IMG/VR virus record: IMGVR_UViG_3300046171_000241
Source of the DNA: an uncultured virus (IMG/VR IMGVR_UViG_3300046171_000241)
Taxonomy: Duplodnaviria > Heunggongvirae > Uroviricota > Caudoviricetes
Length of the DNA: 64,000 nucleotides
Direction: 5' to 3' (one strand)
Part shown: one piece after another, positions 9,015 through 17,383 of the stretch
How the letters are laid out: the number at the start of each line of letters is the position of its first letter
Numbering within the stretch: position 1 is the first letter of the stretch
Program-made: the position numbers and the translations under genes
Notes under the pieces: generated by a model
Databases searched by the model: none
What the model saw: the letters and a program-made list of their open reading frames with translations, nothing else
What the model was told of the DNA's origin: nothing

Positions 9015-11174
9015 TTAGGTTGGGTATGCAATGAGAACGATGCCAGATCCACCCATTCCAGCAATCGTTCCACTCGCTGGAGCGGCTTGTCCACCACCGC
9101 CGCCACCGCCAGTATTAACAATTCCTCTTCCACCACCTTCAGTGGTATTTTCACCATTACCACCACCAGCATATGGACCACCTCCACCAGGACCAGAACC
9201 ACCAGTTCCACCTGCGTGTGGTGGATTATTACTATTTCCTGCTGGTCTTTGATCTCCTCCACCGCCGCCACCACCAGCGAACCAGAACTTACCAGGGGTT
9301 CCACCTGATACATTAGTTCCTGTTGGTCCAGGAGCACCTAAACCACCCCCAGTAGATCCGGGAGAGGAGTATGGATTGTGGAATGTTGCGGGTGCTTGCT
9401 TTCCAATACCACCATGACCAGATCTAGTTCCAGGTGCCCAATTCGATGTTGGAGCACTTTCTCCTACACCACCAGCACCTCCTCCTCCACCAGCGAGTCC
9501 AATGTATGCTGCATCAGTTGATCCACCACCACCAGAATAACCCTGTGGAGATATTGGTGCCGGAGTAGAAGTGTCGGTTTGACGATCACCTGCACCAATA
9601 TATGGTGCAGTACTTTGAACAGATGCGCCACCACCTGAACCACCATTTGTAGCTCCTTGTAGGCCACTATTATCACTTCCTCCACCACCTCCGCCCCATG
9701 CGGTTAAAGGTGAACCAAAAGTAGAAGGAGTTCCAACTCCTCCTCTGGAATTTGTATTTTGACCGCCACCACCACCAACAGTAACAGCAATTGCTGTTCC
9801 AGTTCCTGTAACAGGAGTCGATCCTGTAATAAATCCACCAGCGCCACCTCCGCCGCCAATAGAATCTCCTCCAGCACCACCACCACCGACTACAACATAT
9901 TCTACATTACCATCTACCCAATCTGAAGTAGTGGTAAAATTTTGAGAACTTGTGAAGGTATGAATGGTCTTGTCACCATAGTAACTGATAGCACCACCAG
10001 TTGCTTTTTGCTGGCCGCCAAGTTGTGCGATTTGATATCTGACTGCAACGAAACCACCAGCACCGTTTCCTCCATTTACTGCGTTTGGACCATAAGGTGA
10101 GGTTCCTCCGCCTCCACCTCCACCAGATCCAGTGCCAGATGTTCCATCGTCTCCATCTCTTTGATCTTGTGGTGTAGGTGACCCACCATTACCACCACTT
10201 CCTCCACCAGCAGCACCACCTTGAGGATCGTGATTGCCACCTGGAGTATTACCAGCAGCACCGCCACCTGCTCTTGCTGTTGATGTTCCGGTAATTGTGC
10301 TTGTTTTTCCTGCGCCACCATATCCACCATTACCTACTGCTGGTCCACCTGACGCCCCATTTGCTCCAACACCACCAGCACCACCGCCACCACCACCAGT
10401 TCCAGAGTTATCTGGAGAAAATCCATATCCACCACCACCAGCATATCCTTGATTTGGTGCAGGGGTTGTAGGATCATTGGCAACCCTATTTCCAGGACCT
10501 CCAGAGGCACCACCTGACGTAGCACCAGCACCACCACCACCCGAACCACCAGAATGCCCATCATGGGGTTGCATTCTACCAGCACCTCCACCTTCACTTC
10601 TTATTGGGGAAGGATGTGCAAAATTAGAAAAACTACCAGGTGTCATGTTACCAGGACCAGGAGTACCACCAAGACCTCCAGCACCAACTGTAATCGTATA
10701 TGATGCGACAGCTGCAGTTAATTTTCCCTCTGCAGATGATCCTGGTCCACCAGGACCTTCTGGCATAGAGGTTCTATATCCACCGGCACCACCGCCTCCA
10801 CCACCTCTTCCAGTGCCAGTCACTGATCCCATATTTTCGCCACCGCCTCCTCCACCTCCACCAATCACAAGATAATCAACTTGAGCAGGCAGGTTGCCTA
10901 TAGCAGTTACATCAAAAGATCCTGTTGAAGTGAAGATATGTGTTCTATAAACCGTTCCAGGAGATGGATCAAGATAATCACTAATAATACCACCAGTTGC
11001 TATCATTCCCTCTGGTGGTGGTGCTCCAGGAGCATTGTAAATATCACCTTGTCTCTCAAAATATCCATTCGCAAATAAATCTAATATACCTCCACCTACA
11101 GCACCATTTGCTGCACCTGGATTAGAATCACCTTGGTCTTGTGATAAACCTATGCGTCTGCCTAGATATCCCAT
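9015..11174 (-). CDS. glycine-rich virion/adhesin-like protein with two Gly-rich domains
   Basis: Two HxFT..YxVxGGG units joined by RYQI..KATGG; ends GGSGIVLIAYPT. Confidence 0.75.
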   Translation of the reverse strand: MGYLGRRIGLSQDQGDSNPGAANGAVGGGILDLFANGYFERQGDIYNAPGAPPPEGMIATGGIISDYLDPSPGTVYRTHIFTSTGSFDVTAIGNLPAQVDYLVIGGGGGGGGENMGSVTGTGRGGGGGGAGGYRTSMPEGPGGPGSSAEGKLTAAVASYTITVGAGGLGGTPGPGNMTPGSFSNFAHPSPIRSEGGGAGRMQPHDGHSGGSGGGGAGATSGGASGGPGNRVANDPTTPAPNQGYAGGGGYGFSPDNSGTGGGGGGAGGVGANGASGGPAVGNGGYGGAGKTSTITGTSTARAGGGAAGNTPGGNHDPQGGAAGGGSGGNGGSPTPQDQRDGDDGTSGTGSGGGGGGGTSPYGPNAVNGGNGAGGFVAVRYQIAQLGGQQKATGGAISYYGDKTIHTFTSSQNFTTTSDWVDGNVEYVVVGGGGAGGDSIGGGGGAGGFITGSTPVTGTGTAIAVTVGGGGGQNTNSRGGVGTPSTFGSPLTAWGGGGGGSDNSGLQGATNGGSGGGASVQSTAPYIGAGDRQTDTSTPAPISPQGYSGGGGSTDAAYIGLAGGGGGAGGVGESAPTSNWAPGTRSGHGGIGKQAPATFHNPYSSPGSTGGGLGAPGPTGTNVSGGTPGKFWFAGGGGGGGDQRPAGNSNNPPHAGGTGGSGPGGGGPYAGGGNGENTTEGGGRGIVNTGGGGGGGQAAPASGTIAGMGGSGIVLIAYPT

Positions 11175-11186
11175 GGTTTATCCCTC

Positions 11187-11588
11187 TTAGCTAATTTCTT
11201 CGTATGAACAAACTACGTCAATAGTTCCTGCGTTTGGTTGTCCAAAAATACCAAGTGAAGTATTTTCTTCTAGATATACTGAGTTTTCTTTACTAATTAC
11301 TACCAATGATGAGAAAGTTGGAACAGATACAGTCATTGCAATCGAGACTGTACTTCCAGCAGAAGCATGATTGATATCATTAAAGTATTGTAAGGTAACA
11401 CCAGTTGTGGAACCAATTGCCGCAGCAGATAAAGAATTAATCTTCAGCACTTTACCACTTGATGCTGCATTAGATACAACAGTAGTAACACCAAGAGCAC
11501 CCTTTCCACCAGTAGTGGCAGCAATACCTGCGTGGAAAGTAGTTACCCCCGTGATTGTTGCAACGTTTACGATATTTGGAGCAGCCAT
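11187..11588 (-). CDS. small fibre adaptor-like protein
   Basis: MAAPNIVNVATI..SNAASSGKVLKINSL..VYLEE..SYEEIS, a recurrent small phage structural family. Confidence 0.7.
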   Translation of the reverse strand: MAAPNIVNVATITGVTTFHAGIAATTGGKGALGVTTVVSNAASSGKVLKINSLSAAAIGSTTGVTLQYFNDINHASAGSTVSIAMTVSVPTFSSLVVISKENSVYLEENTSLGIFGQPNAGTIDVVCSYEEIS

Positions 11589-11616
11589 TACCTACAATAC
11601 CTCTTTTGTTTATTTA

Positions 11617-11892
11617 TCAACCAAAGACCATAGACAATGCAATCGCTTTGCCTGGTGATGTCTTACTGTTAATTGATGTTTCTAATGCACTACCTGATTC
11701 AGCATTAACTGCATTTGTAGCAGTAGTTGCAGTTCCAGTCACATTACCAACCACATTACCAGTTACACCACCAGTCAAATTGCCATCAAATGTAGTAGCA
11801 GTAGCAACACCAGTGACAACGGCACCACGGGAAAAACCAACAGAACCGTTGTCTTCCTTATTTACAATATCATCTACTTGTAACTTTGACAT
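11617..11892 (-). CDS. short tail fibre stalk-like protein
   Basis: MSKLQVDDIVNK, GAVVTGVATATTF, GNV repeats, C-terminal GKAIALSMVFG. Confidence 0.7.
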   Translation of the reverse strand: MSKLQVDDIVNKEDNGSVGFSRGAVVTGVATATTFDGNLTGGVTGNVVGNVTGTATTATNAVNAESGSALETSINSKTSPGKAIALSMVFG

Positions 11893-11915
11893 GAGTTTAT
11901 GTTTTTAGGTATTTA

Positions 11916-13916
11916 TCAGGTTGGATATGCGATGATGACGATACCGGAACCACCTGCTCCACCGACACCAACACTAATTGCCATGGCTCCACCACCACCA
12001 CCTGTGTTTTGTCCTCCTGCACCACCCTCTCCATAAGGTGCGGGAGTGTCACTAGTGTGTTTACCATCAAATCCAGCATTTATTCCACCAGCGCCACCAT
12101 TACCAGCTTGAGGAGCTGATCCATTTGTGCCGCCACCGCCGCCACCACCAGTGCCACCATTACCAGCTCCTGAGGTGGATTGGTCTCCACCACCACCACC
12201 ACCAGCCCAGACATAGGGAGTTCCTAAAATAGAATATGTTGCTCCATTACCACCTGCACCTGCGGGTGCGGGAGGACCACCAGAACCACCTTGAGCAGTT
12301 GCTCCACCACCACCAGAACCAAGATATGGACCAGGTGAATATGTTCCACCAGGATATCCCCATCCACCAGCAGTGGCTATTGGTGATGGAGTGGTTGCAT
12401 CAGCACCACCAGGATGTGATGCACCAGTTCCACTTCCTTGTGAACCGTTGGAACCAATTCTTGCACCACCACCTGAACCACCATCTTGACCACTACCAGT
12501 GCCCCATCCACCACCTCCACCACCATATTTGGCAGTCAGTGAATTAAATGTGGAAGGATTACCGTTATGACCTGCTGGAACATCATTACCATTAGCACTA
12601 AGTTCTGCTCCACCAGCTCCTACAACAACATTTCTTGGAGAAGCAGGAAGTGTGACACCAGTCTGATAGATAATACCACCTGCTCCACCACCAGAGGTTC
12701 CACCACCACCACCGCCACCAGCAACCAGAAGATATTTTACACCAGTAATTTGTGCTGGATTGTCGAAAGTTCCAGAAGTTGTAAATGTATGAATGGTCTG
12801 ACCACCAGAAAAACTAATGACACCGCCAGTTGCTTTTGCAGCTCCAGTAATTTTGCCAATTTGATATCTGATGATACAAACACCACCACCACCTCGACCA
12901 CCTGAACCTCCAGTGGCGTCGGCATATGATCCACCACCGCCACCACCAGTTCCAGGAAGTCCAGATTCACCTATTCTTGGTGGTGCTGCACCACCTGCAC
13001 CACCACCACCTGATCCACCTGCTTTCTGATTAGATCCACCGCCACCACCAGCATAGAAAGTAGCAGTACCGTTTGCTATACTATATTGTGCTCCAGCACC
13101 ACCTGTTCCAGCATTACCAGAACCTGGTCCACCAACAGCAACGGCACCGCCACCGCCACCACCATATGCATATGGTTCTCCTGGAATACCAGCACCACCA
13201 TCATTTCCCCATCCGTTAGGTGGAGATGTTTGGTCTACTCCACCTGGATGACCGCTGTCTCCAGGTGTTGAAGTTTGAGCACTCTGACCGTTTGAACTAC
13301 CGCCCGATGAACCACCTGGACGACCTTGAAAGTTTGGACCGCTAGATGATCCACCGCCTCCACCACCACCTGCTGCAGAAGCATTAATTGGTTGTGGTGA
13401 ACTACCAAGTGTTGTTGTTCCTCCATTTTGAGCTCGAGCAGTGTCTGAGATATATGCTCCGTATCCACCAGCACCAATTACCACTGCATAACTGGTTGGT
13501 CCTGCAGTTACTGGAGATCCAGTTACATATTTAAGAAGTCCTGCTCCACCACCACCAGCTCCTCTACCACTATCGCCACCACTACTGTAGAAGTCTCCAC
13601 CTCCACCACCGCCGCCACCGACGATAAGATAATCAACATTATTCGGTATACCTGTACCAGTTGCTAGCGCAGTTACAGCAAAAGTTCCTGAACCAGTAAA
13701 AGTATGAGATCTATAAACATTATTGGTAGCGGGATCAACATAATTACCAATTAGACCACCAGTTGCCGTGAGTCCTTGCGGATCACCAAATCCTGGGTCT
13801 GGAGTAAATGTAGTTCCCCCTCCACCACCGCCAAAAGTCTGTCTAAAATATTCTAAAAGGTGTCCATCTGTTTTATTGAGTCCTGGACCTCTACTCTGTG
13901 ATGATTTTACTCCCAT
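11916..13916 (-). CDS. glycine-rich virion/adhesin-like protein with two Gly-rich domains
   Basis: Same two-domain layout as 9015-11174; ends GGSGIVIIAYPT. Confidence 0.75.
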   Translation of the reverse strand: MGVKSSQSRGPGLNKTDGHLLEYFRQTFGGGGGGTTFTPDPGFGDPQGLTATGGLIGNYVDPATNNVYRSHTFTGSGTFAVTALATGTGIPNNVDYLIVGGGGGGGGDFYSSGGDSGRGAGGGGAGLLKYVTGSPVTAGPTSYAVVIGAGGYGAYISDTARAQNGGTTTLGSSPQPINASAAGGGGGGGSSSGPNFQGRPGGSSGGSSNGQSAQTSTPGDSGHPGGVDQTSPPNGWGNDGGAGIPGEPYAYGGGGGGAVAVGGPGSGNAGTGGAGAQYSIANGTATFYAGGGGGSNQKAGGSGGGGAGGAAPPRIGESGLPGTGGGGGGSYADATGGSGGRGGGGVCIIRYQIGKITGAAKATGGVISFSGGQTIHTFTTSGTFDNPAQITGVKYLLVAGGGGGGGTSGGGAGGIIYQTGVTLPASPRNVVVGAGGAELSANGNDVPAGHNGNPSTFNSLTAKYGGGGGGWGTGSGQDGGSGGGARIGSNGSQGSGTGASHPGGADATTPSPIATAGGWGYPGGTYSPGPYLGSGGGGATAQGGSGGPPAPAGAGGNGATYSILGTPYVWAGGGGGGDQSTSGAGNGGTGGGGGGGTNGSAPQAGNGGAGGINAGFDGKHTSDTPAPYGEGGAGGQNTGGGGGAMAISVGVGGAGGSGIVIIAYPT

Positions 13917-13927
13917 GTCTAATCACC

Positions 13928-14335
13928 TCAAATATCTGTGTCGCCAAGGATTTGGAAGTTAATCGCACTTCCAATACCTGTACCTCCAACTTCTGTTGCT
14001 GGTTGCGTGACCTCTACAACAATCTTCTCTTGATTTGTCAAAACCAATGGGTAGTTCATTTCATAGAAGAACGTCTCGTTTGATGTGAGGTCAACTCTTG
14101 CTAATCTATATGCCGTCTGACCTACTGTGACATCACTCACACCACTTGGATAGATATAAAGCGATGAAGTTGCAGTTGCAAGTCCAGTGTTGTGCATCAC
14201 CACACCTCTCAGGTATGTAGTTGATGCAATACCAACTCCACCAGCAGTTTGAGTGGTTCCGACCGTCAAGATACCAACGGTATTAATACCAGTAACTGCT
14301 TGTATTCCCAGTAATTTTGTTCTTTTGAGTCCCAT
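13928..14335 (-). CDS. small fibre adaptor-like protein
   Basis: Paralogue of 3186-3590. Confidence 0.7.
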   Translation of the reverse strand: MGLKRTKLLGIQAVTGINTVGILTVGTTQTAGGVGIASTTYLRGVVMHNTGLATATSSLYIYPSGVSDVTVGQTAYRLARVDLTSNETFFYEMNYPLVLTNQEKIVVEVTQPATEVGGTGIGSAINFQILGDTDI

Positions 14336-14355
14336 TGGTATATCTTTTTAGTTAT

Positions 14356-14667
14356 TTAGTTAAACAGGGCAGCATCAAGTTCGTTAAAACCTGCAGGAAT
14401 ATTTAGGTTTGTGAGTGCAGAACCATCAAGTGCAGGTAATGCTGCTGGAAATCTTGCATCAGCAATTGTTCCAGTTGTAATATTAGCGGCACTAGCAAGG
14501 TTAGTTGCTGTAGTCGCAGTACCAGTTACGTTACCAGTTACATTACCAGTTACATTACCATCAAAAGATGTAGATGTAGTAACACCAGTAATAACAGCAC
14601 CATCAGGTAATGTTGGAGACTGATTACCTGTTCTACCTTTTAAACTAGTTACTCTTAAACTTGACAT
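14356..14667 (-). CDS. short tail fibre stalk-like protein
   Basis: MSSLRVTSLKGRTG, GAVITGV, (GNVT)3, LPALDGSALT. Confidence 0.7.
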   Translation of the reverse strand: MSSLRVTSLKGRTGNQSPTLPDGAVITGVTTSTSFDGNVTGNVTGNVTGTATTATNLASAANITTGTIADARFPAALPALDGSALTNLNIPAGFNELDAALFN

Positions 14668-15377
14668 CAGAGATCTCCGATTTGAAGTACGTCAATAATC
14701 ATTGTCTTACCAGCACCAACAGTAACTGCCACACCAGATGAAATATTAATATTTGGAATTACACTCACAATAATTGACGTGCTTACACCTGCCTGTGTTG
14801 CATCAAGCAGTAAGTTTTCAGAAACAGTTGCTTCTCTATCAAAGTAACTAAATGGACTCGCAGTTCCATCTGCATAATTAATTGCAGTACCAAGACCACC
14901 GCCGCCACCACCTGATATTTCAACATTAATAGTTTCGCCATCGGTGGTAACTAAATTACCATTACCAACAAAGTTAAGAGTCTTTGCTGCTCCTACCAAA
15001 GTTCCTGCAGACTGAATACCAATCATGGCACCAGTCACTGATGTTACACCAGTAATTGATCCAGTAACAGTTAGATTACCATTGATTGTCTGATCTGCTG
15101 CTGCACTTGCAATTGCATCAGCAACTCTAAAGTCATCAAAAATCTGAAACTCAAGAGTGTCATCTGTATCTGCAGGAGATAAAAGAGTTACAGTTGCTCC
15201 ATCTCTGGCAGTATAGTCAGATCCGTCAACAAGACGAACACCATTACGAAAAACCCCAAGTTGGTTAATCCTATAACCACCAGTGACAGTAAACAGCGTT
15301 TGACTTGCTGTTGCGGTTACACTGATGGTTTTAGACGCTACATTACTAGTTAATGATACGGGTCTTCCTATTGCCAT
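14667..15377 (-). CDS. tail fibre/baseplate-associated structural protein
   Basis: ATASQTLFTV..VFRNGVRL..DYTARDG..VTL domain shared with 22988-23500; GIQSAG..TLNFVG repeat. Confidence 0.65.
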   Translation of the reverse strand: MAIGRPVSLTSNVASKTISVTATASQTLFTVTGGYRINQLGVFRNGVRLVDGSDYTARDGATVTLLSPADTDDTLEFQIFDDFRVADAIASAAADQTINGNLTVTGSITGVTSVTGAMIGIQSAGTLVGAAKTLNFVGNGNLVTTDGETINVEISGGGGGGLGTAINYADGTASPFSYFDREATVSENLLLDATQAGVSTSIIVSVIPNINISSGVAVTVGAGKTMIIDVLQIGDL

Positions 15378-15407
15378 CGCATTATTATTTTTAGTTATTT
15401 ATGTCAT

Positions 15408-15441
15408 AAAAAAAGACCACCTAGTCTACTGACTGGTGATC
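15408..15441 (-). terminator. intrinsic terminator after oxygenase cassette
   Basis: GATCACC-AGTC-agta-GACT-A-GGTGGTC followed by T7. Confidence 0.7.
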
Positions 15442-15972
15442 GGGGAGTTTTGGTAGTAAATCAAAGGAAATAATAGTCCTATGCTTTCTTACTTGATTAG
15501 GATGTACAAAGTGTAAGGTATAAGATGGAGAGATAAAGATTGTTCCCTCCTTTACACCTTGTGGATATGCAAGAGATGTGGTGTCACTTCTAGGGTCTTG
15601 CCATGGTGCTACGAAACAAGTAGGAGTATGAACTTTAGGGTCATAATCAACATAAAGAATACCAGTAAATCCCCAACTCTTATGGTTATGAATTGTTTGC
15701 TGGTCTCCTTTTTGATAACGAACTGCCCAACAATCAGTCATACTACAAGTGACTTGTGCTTCTTCGACAAACTCCCACAACTCATCTTTGATTAAATCTT
15801 GGAAGTAATGAAGATAGGATTTCTTATTGGTCTGCCTATCAGTTTCAAAGGTTTGGAGGTCAGTTCTTACAAACTTCTCCTCCTTTAACCTTTTAAGTAA
15901 TCCTTTCTTCTTGAATTCCCAGTCTTTAATCTGATACTGATAGGTAGGGTATTCAAAAAGTGGTGCCTTCAT
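15421..15972 (-). CDS. putative 2OG-Fe(II) oxygenase
   Basis: WAVRYQKGD..HNH..FTGILY..EGTIFISPSYTLH..RTIISF; same family as 4469-5061. Confidence 0.8.
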   Translation of the reverse strand: MKAPLFEYPTYQYQIKDWEFKKKGLLKRLKEEKFVRTDLQTFETDRQTNKKSYLHYFQDLIKDELWEFVEEAQVTCSMTDCWAVRYQKGDQQTIHNHKSWGFTGILYVDYDPKVHTPTCFVAPWQDPRSDTTSLAYPQGVKEGTIFISPSYTLHFVHPNQVRKHRTIISFDLLPKLPDHQSVD

Positions 15973-16703
15973 CGTGCTCTATCCCATGCACAGTGTGCTC
16001 TTTGTCCATCAGCAAGAACATAATGGAAGAAGATTTGGTGGTAATACTGCTCCTGTGTAGGAGTTTTACCAAACAACTTTTTACTCTTCTTACCAGTAAA
16101 CCCAGGCATTTTATCGCGCCAGTGTGGACGTTCACATCCTTTATAAAGCAAACCATCACCAGGTTTGAGTGTCAGTGAACGGTTCTCACCAGGAACAAGA
16201 ACAGTTGTCTTCTTCTTATCAGTGTAAGTATCTGGTGTTTTAATCCAGAAAGGCCAATCAGCATCCTTACCTTCTAGGTTAGTGCTAACGTGAACTGATA
16301 CTGAAATCTCACAAGCATCGCGATCAGCGTGTCGTGTCAGTTCTTGTCCAGGATAGTAATACCGATCATAGTAATAAGTATTATACAACTTACGACCAAT
16401 AATTTCCTCCAGTTTCATACGAATACCAGAGTGAATCGCACGATATTGTGGGTGCCAATAACGTGATGTAGAACCTTCTACCTGTTGCTCAACCGGAACA
16501 TGATTAAAGTGTTCAGGGTTCTTATCCCAATAGTTATACTGTCCTTTCTCTTCAGGAACTGGATGATAAAGTTCTTCAGGATCCCAAAGATCTTTAACTA
16601 CAAGATATCCATTCTTATCAAAATCTTCATTACGAGTCCAGGCAGTTCCAGTATTCATTTTCTCCTGGAACATCAACTGGAGTTCGTTCATTTGTTCTGC
16701 CAT
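15969..16703 (-). CDS. 2OG-Fe(II) oxygenase-like protein
   Basis: YYYDRYY..L.RHADRDACEISVSV..LKPGDGLLYKGCERPHWR..QIFFHYV; start moved to MAEQM to avoid overlap with the upstream gene. Confidence 0.8.
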   Translation of the reverse strand: MAEQMNELQLMFQEKMNTGTAWTRNEDFDKNGYLVVKDLWDPEELYHPVPEEKGQYNYWDKNPEHFNHVPVEQQVEGSTSRYWHPQYRAIHSGIRMKLEEIIGRKLYNTYYYDRYYYPGQELTRHADRDACEISVSVHVSTNLEGKDADWPFWIKTPDTYTDKKKTTVLVPGENRSLTLKPGDGLLYKGCERPHWRDKMPGFTGKKSKKLFGKTPTQEQYYHQIFFHYVLADGQRAHCAWDRAR

Positions 16704-16710
16704 ATCTACC

Positions 16711-17331
16711 TCACTTCCAACGGGGGCCAACAGTCCATCCAACGATAGACTTACGGGTTCCTTTTGTTACTTTCAGAACTCGGTGTTGTGTGCGAGAGTC
16801 AAACAATACAATCGTGCCACGCTTACGGGGAACAATATAACTCTTGCCTGCTTCATCCAGCAGTTGAACATTACCACCCTCATAATCATCAGGATCAGAG
16901 AGTTGCATCGCAAAAGACAGTTTACGAACCATCTCAATATTTTCATTTACAAAATCTTGTGCCAGTCCATCTTGACGATTGCCTACTGATTGGGGCTTGT
17001 ATTGTGTCGCAAGTCCTGCATCATTATGCCATCCGTAGAACTGACCTTCACCATATCGGGTGTATTGCATCGACTCTCCATCGATGTTCCGCAGATCATA
17101 CAAGAAGTTCTCACGATTTGCGCGTTGAATATAGTGCCACAAGAAACCACCGACCCAGTGAGTCGTTGGAATCCAGGCATTTTGTGAGTTCCTTTTCTCT
17201 AGATTGAGAGCATCTCCATGTAGTTTGGAGTCTCCCATTTGTTCATCAAAAGTTTCTGATACGTCCCTCTCGATGATATCTACAATATCTTCGGGCAGGT
17301 CGGTATAATACCAAACTGATTGAAATGCCAT
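16711..17331 (-). CDS. 2OG-Fe(II) oxygenase, prolyl 4-hydroxylase/PKHD-type
   Basis: QYTRY..FYGWHND..RKLS..LSDPDDYEGG..GTIVLFDS..HRV..VTKGTRKSIVGW..GP. Confidence 0.9.
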   Translation of the reverse strand: MAFQSVWYYTDLPEDIVDIIERDVSETFDEQMGDSKLHGDALNLEKRNSQNAWIPTTHWVGGFLWHYIQRANRENFLYDLRNIDGESMQYTRYGEGQFYGWHNDAGLATQYKPQSVGNRQDGLAQDFVNENIEMVRKLSFAMQLSDPDDYEGGNVQLLDEAGKSYIVPRKRGTIVLFDSRTQHRVLKVTKGTRKSIVGWTVGPRWK

Positions 17332-17354
17332 ATACCTATAATGTATTCAGGTCT

Positions 17355-17383
17355 AGTATATATCAGATTTTACAGAGTGTCAA
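17355..17383 (-). promoter_or_regulatory. sigma70-type early promoter
   Basis: TTGACA-17 bp-TATACT upstream of the three-oxygenase cassette. Confidence 0.75.

Noticed and set aside
201..14000. CRISPR array or diversity-generating retroelement behind the repeats
   Set aside because: Repeats are coding and degenerate; I saw no fixed repeat-spacer period, no reverse transcriptase and no template/variable pair differing only at adenines.
190..14083. Pro-rich and His-rich plus-strand ORFs and Val-rich alternate-frame ORFs
   Set aside because: They are shadows of GGT/GGA glycine codon runs in the real minus-strand genes.
17361..17374. NtcA site in the oxygenase promoter (GTA-N8-TAT)
   Set aside because: One mismatch in an AT-rich context is likely by chance.
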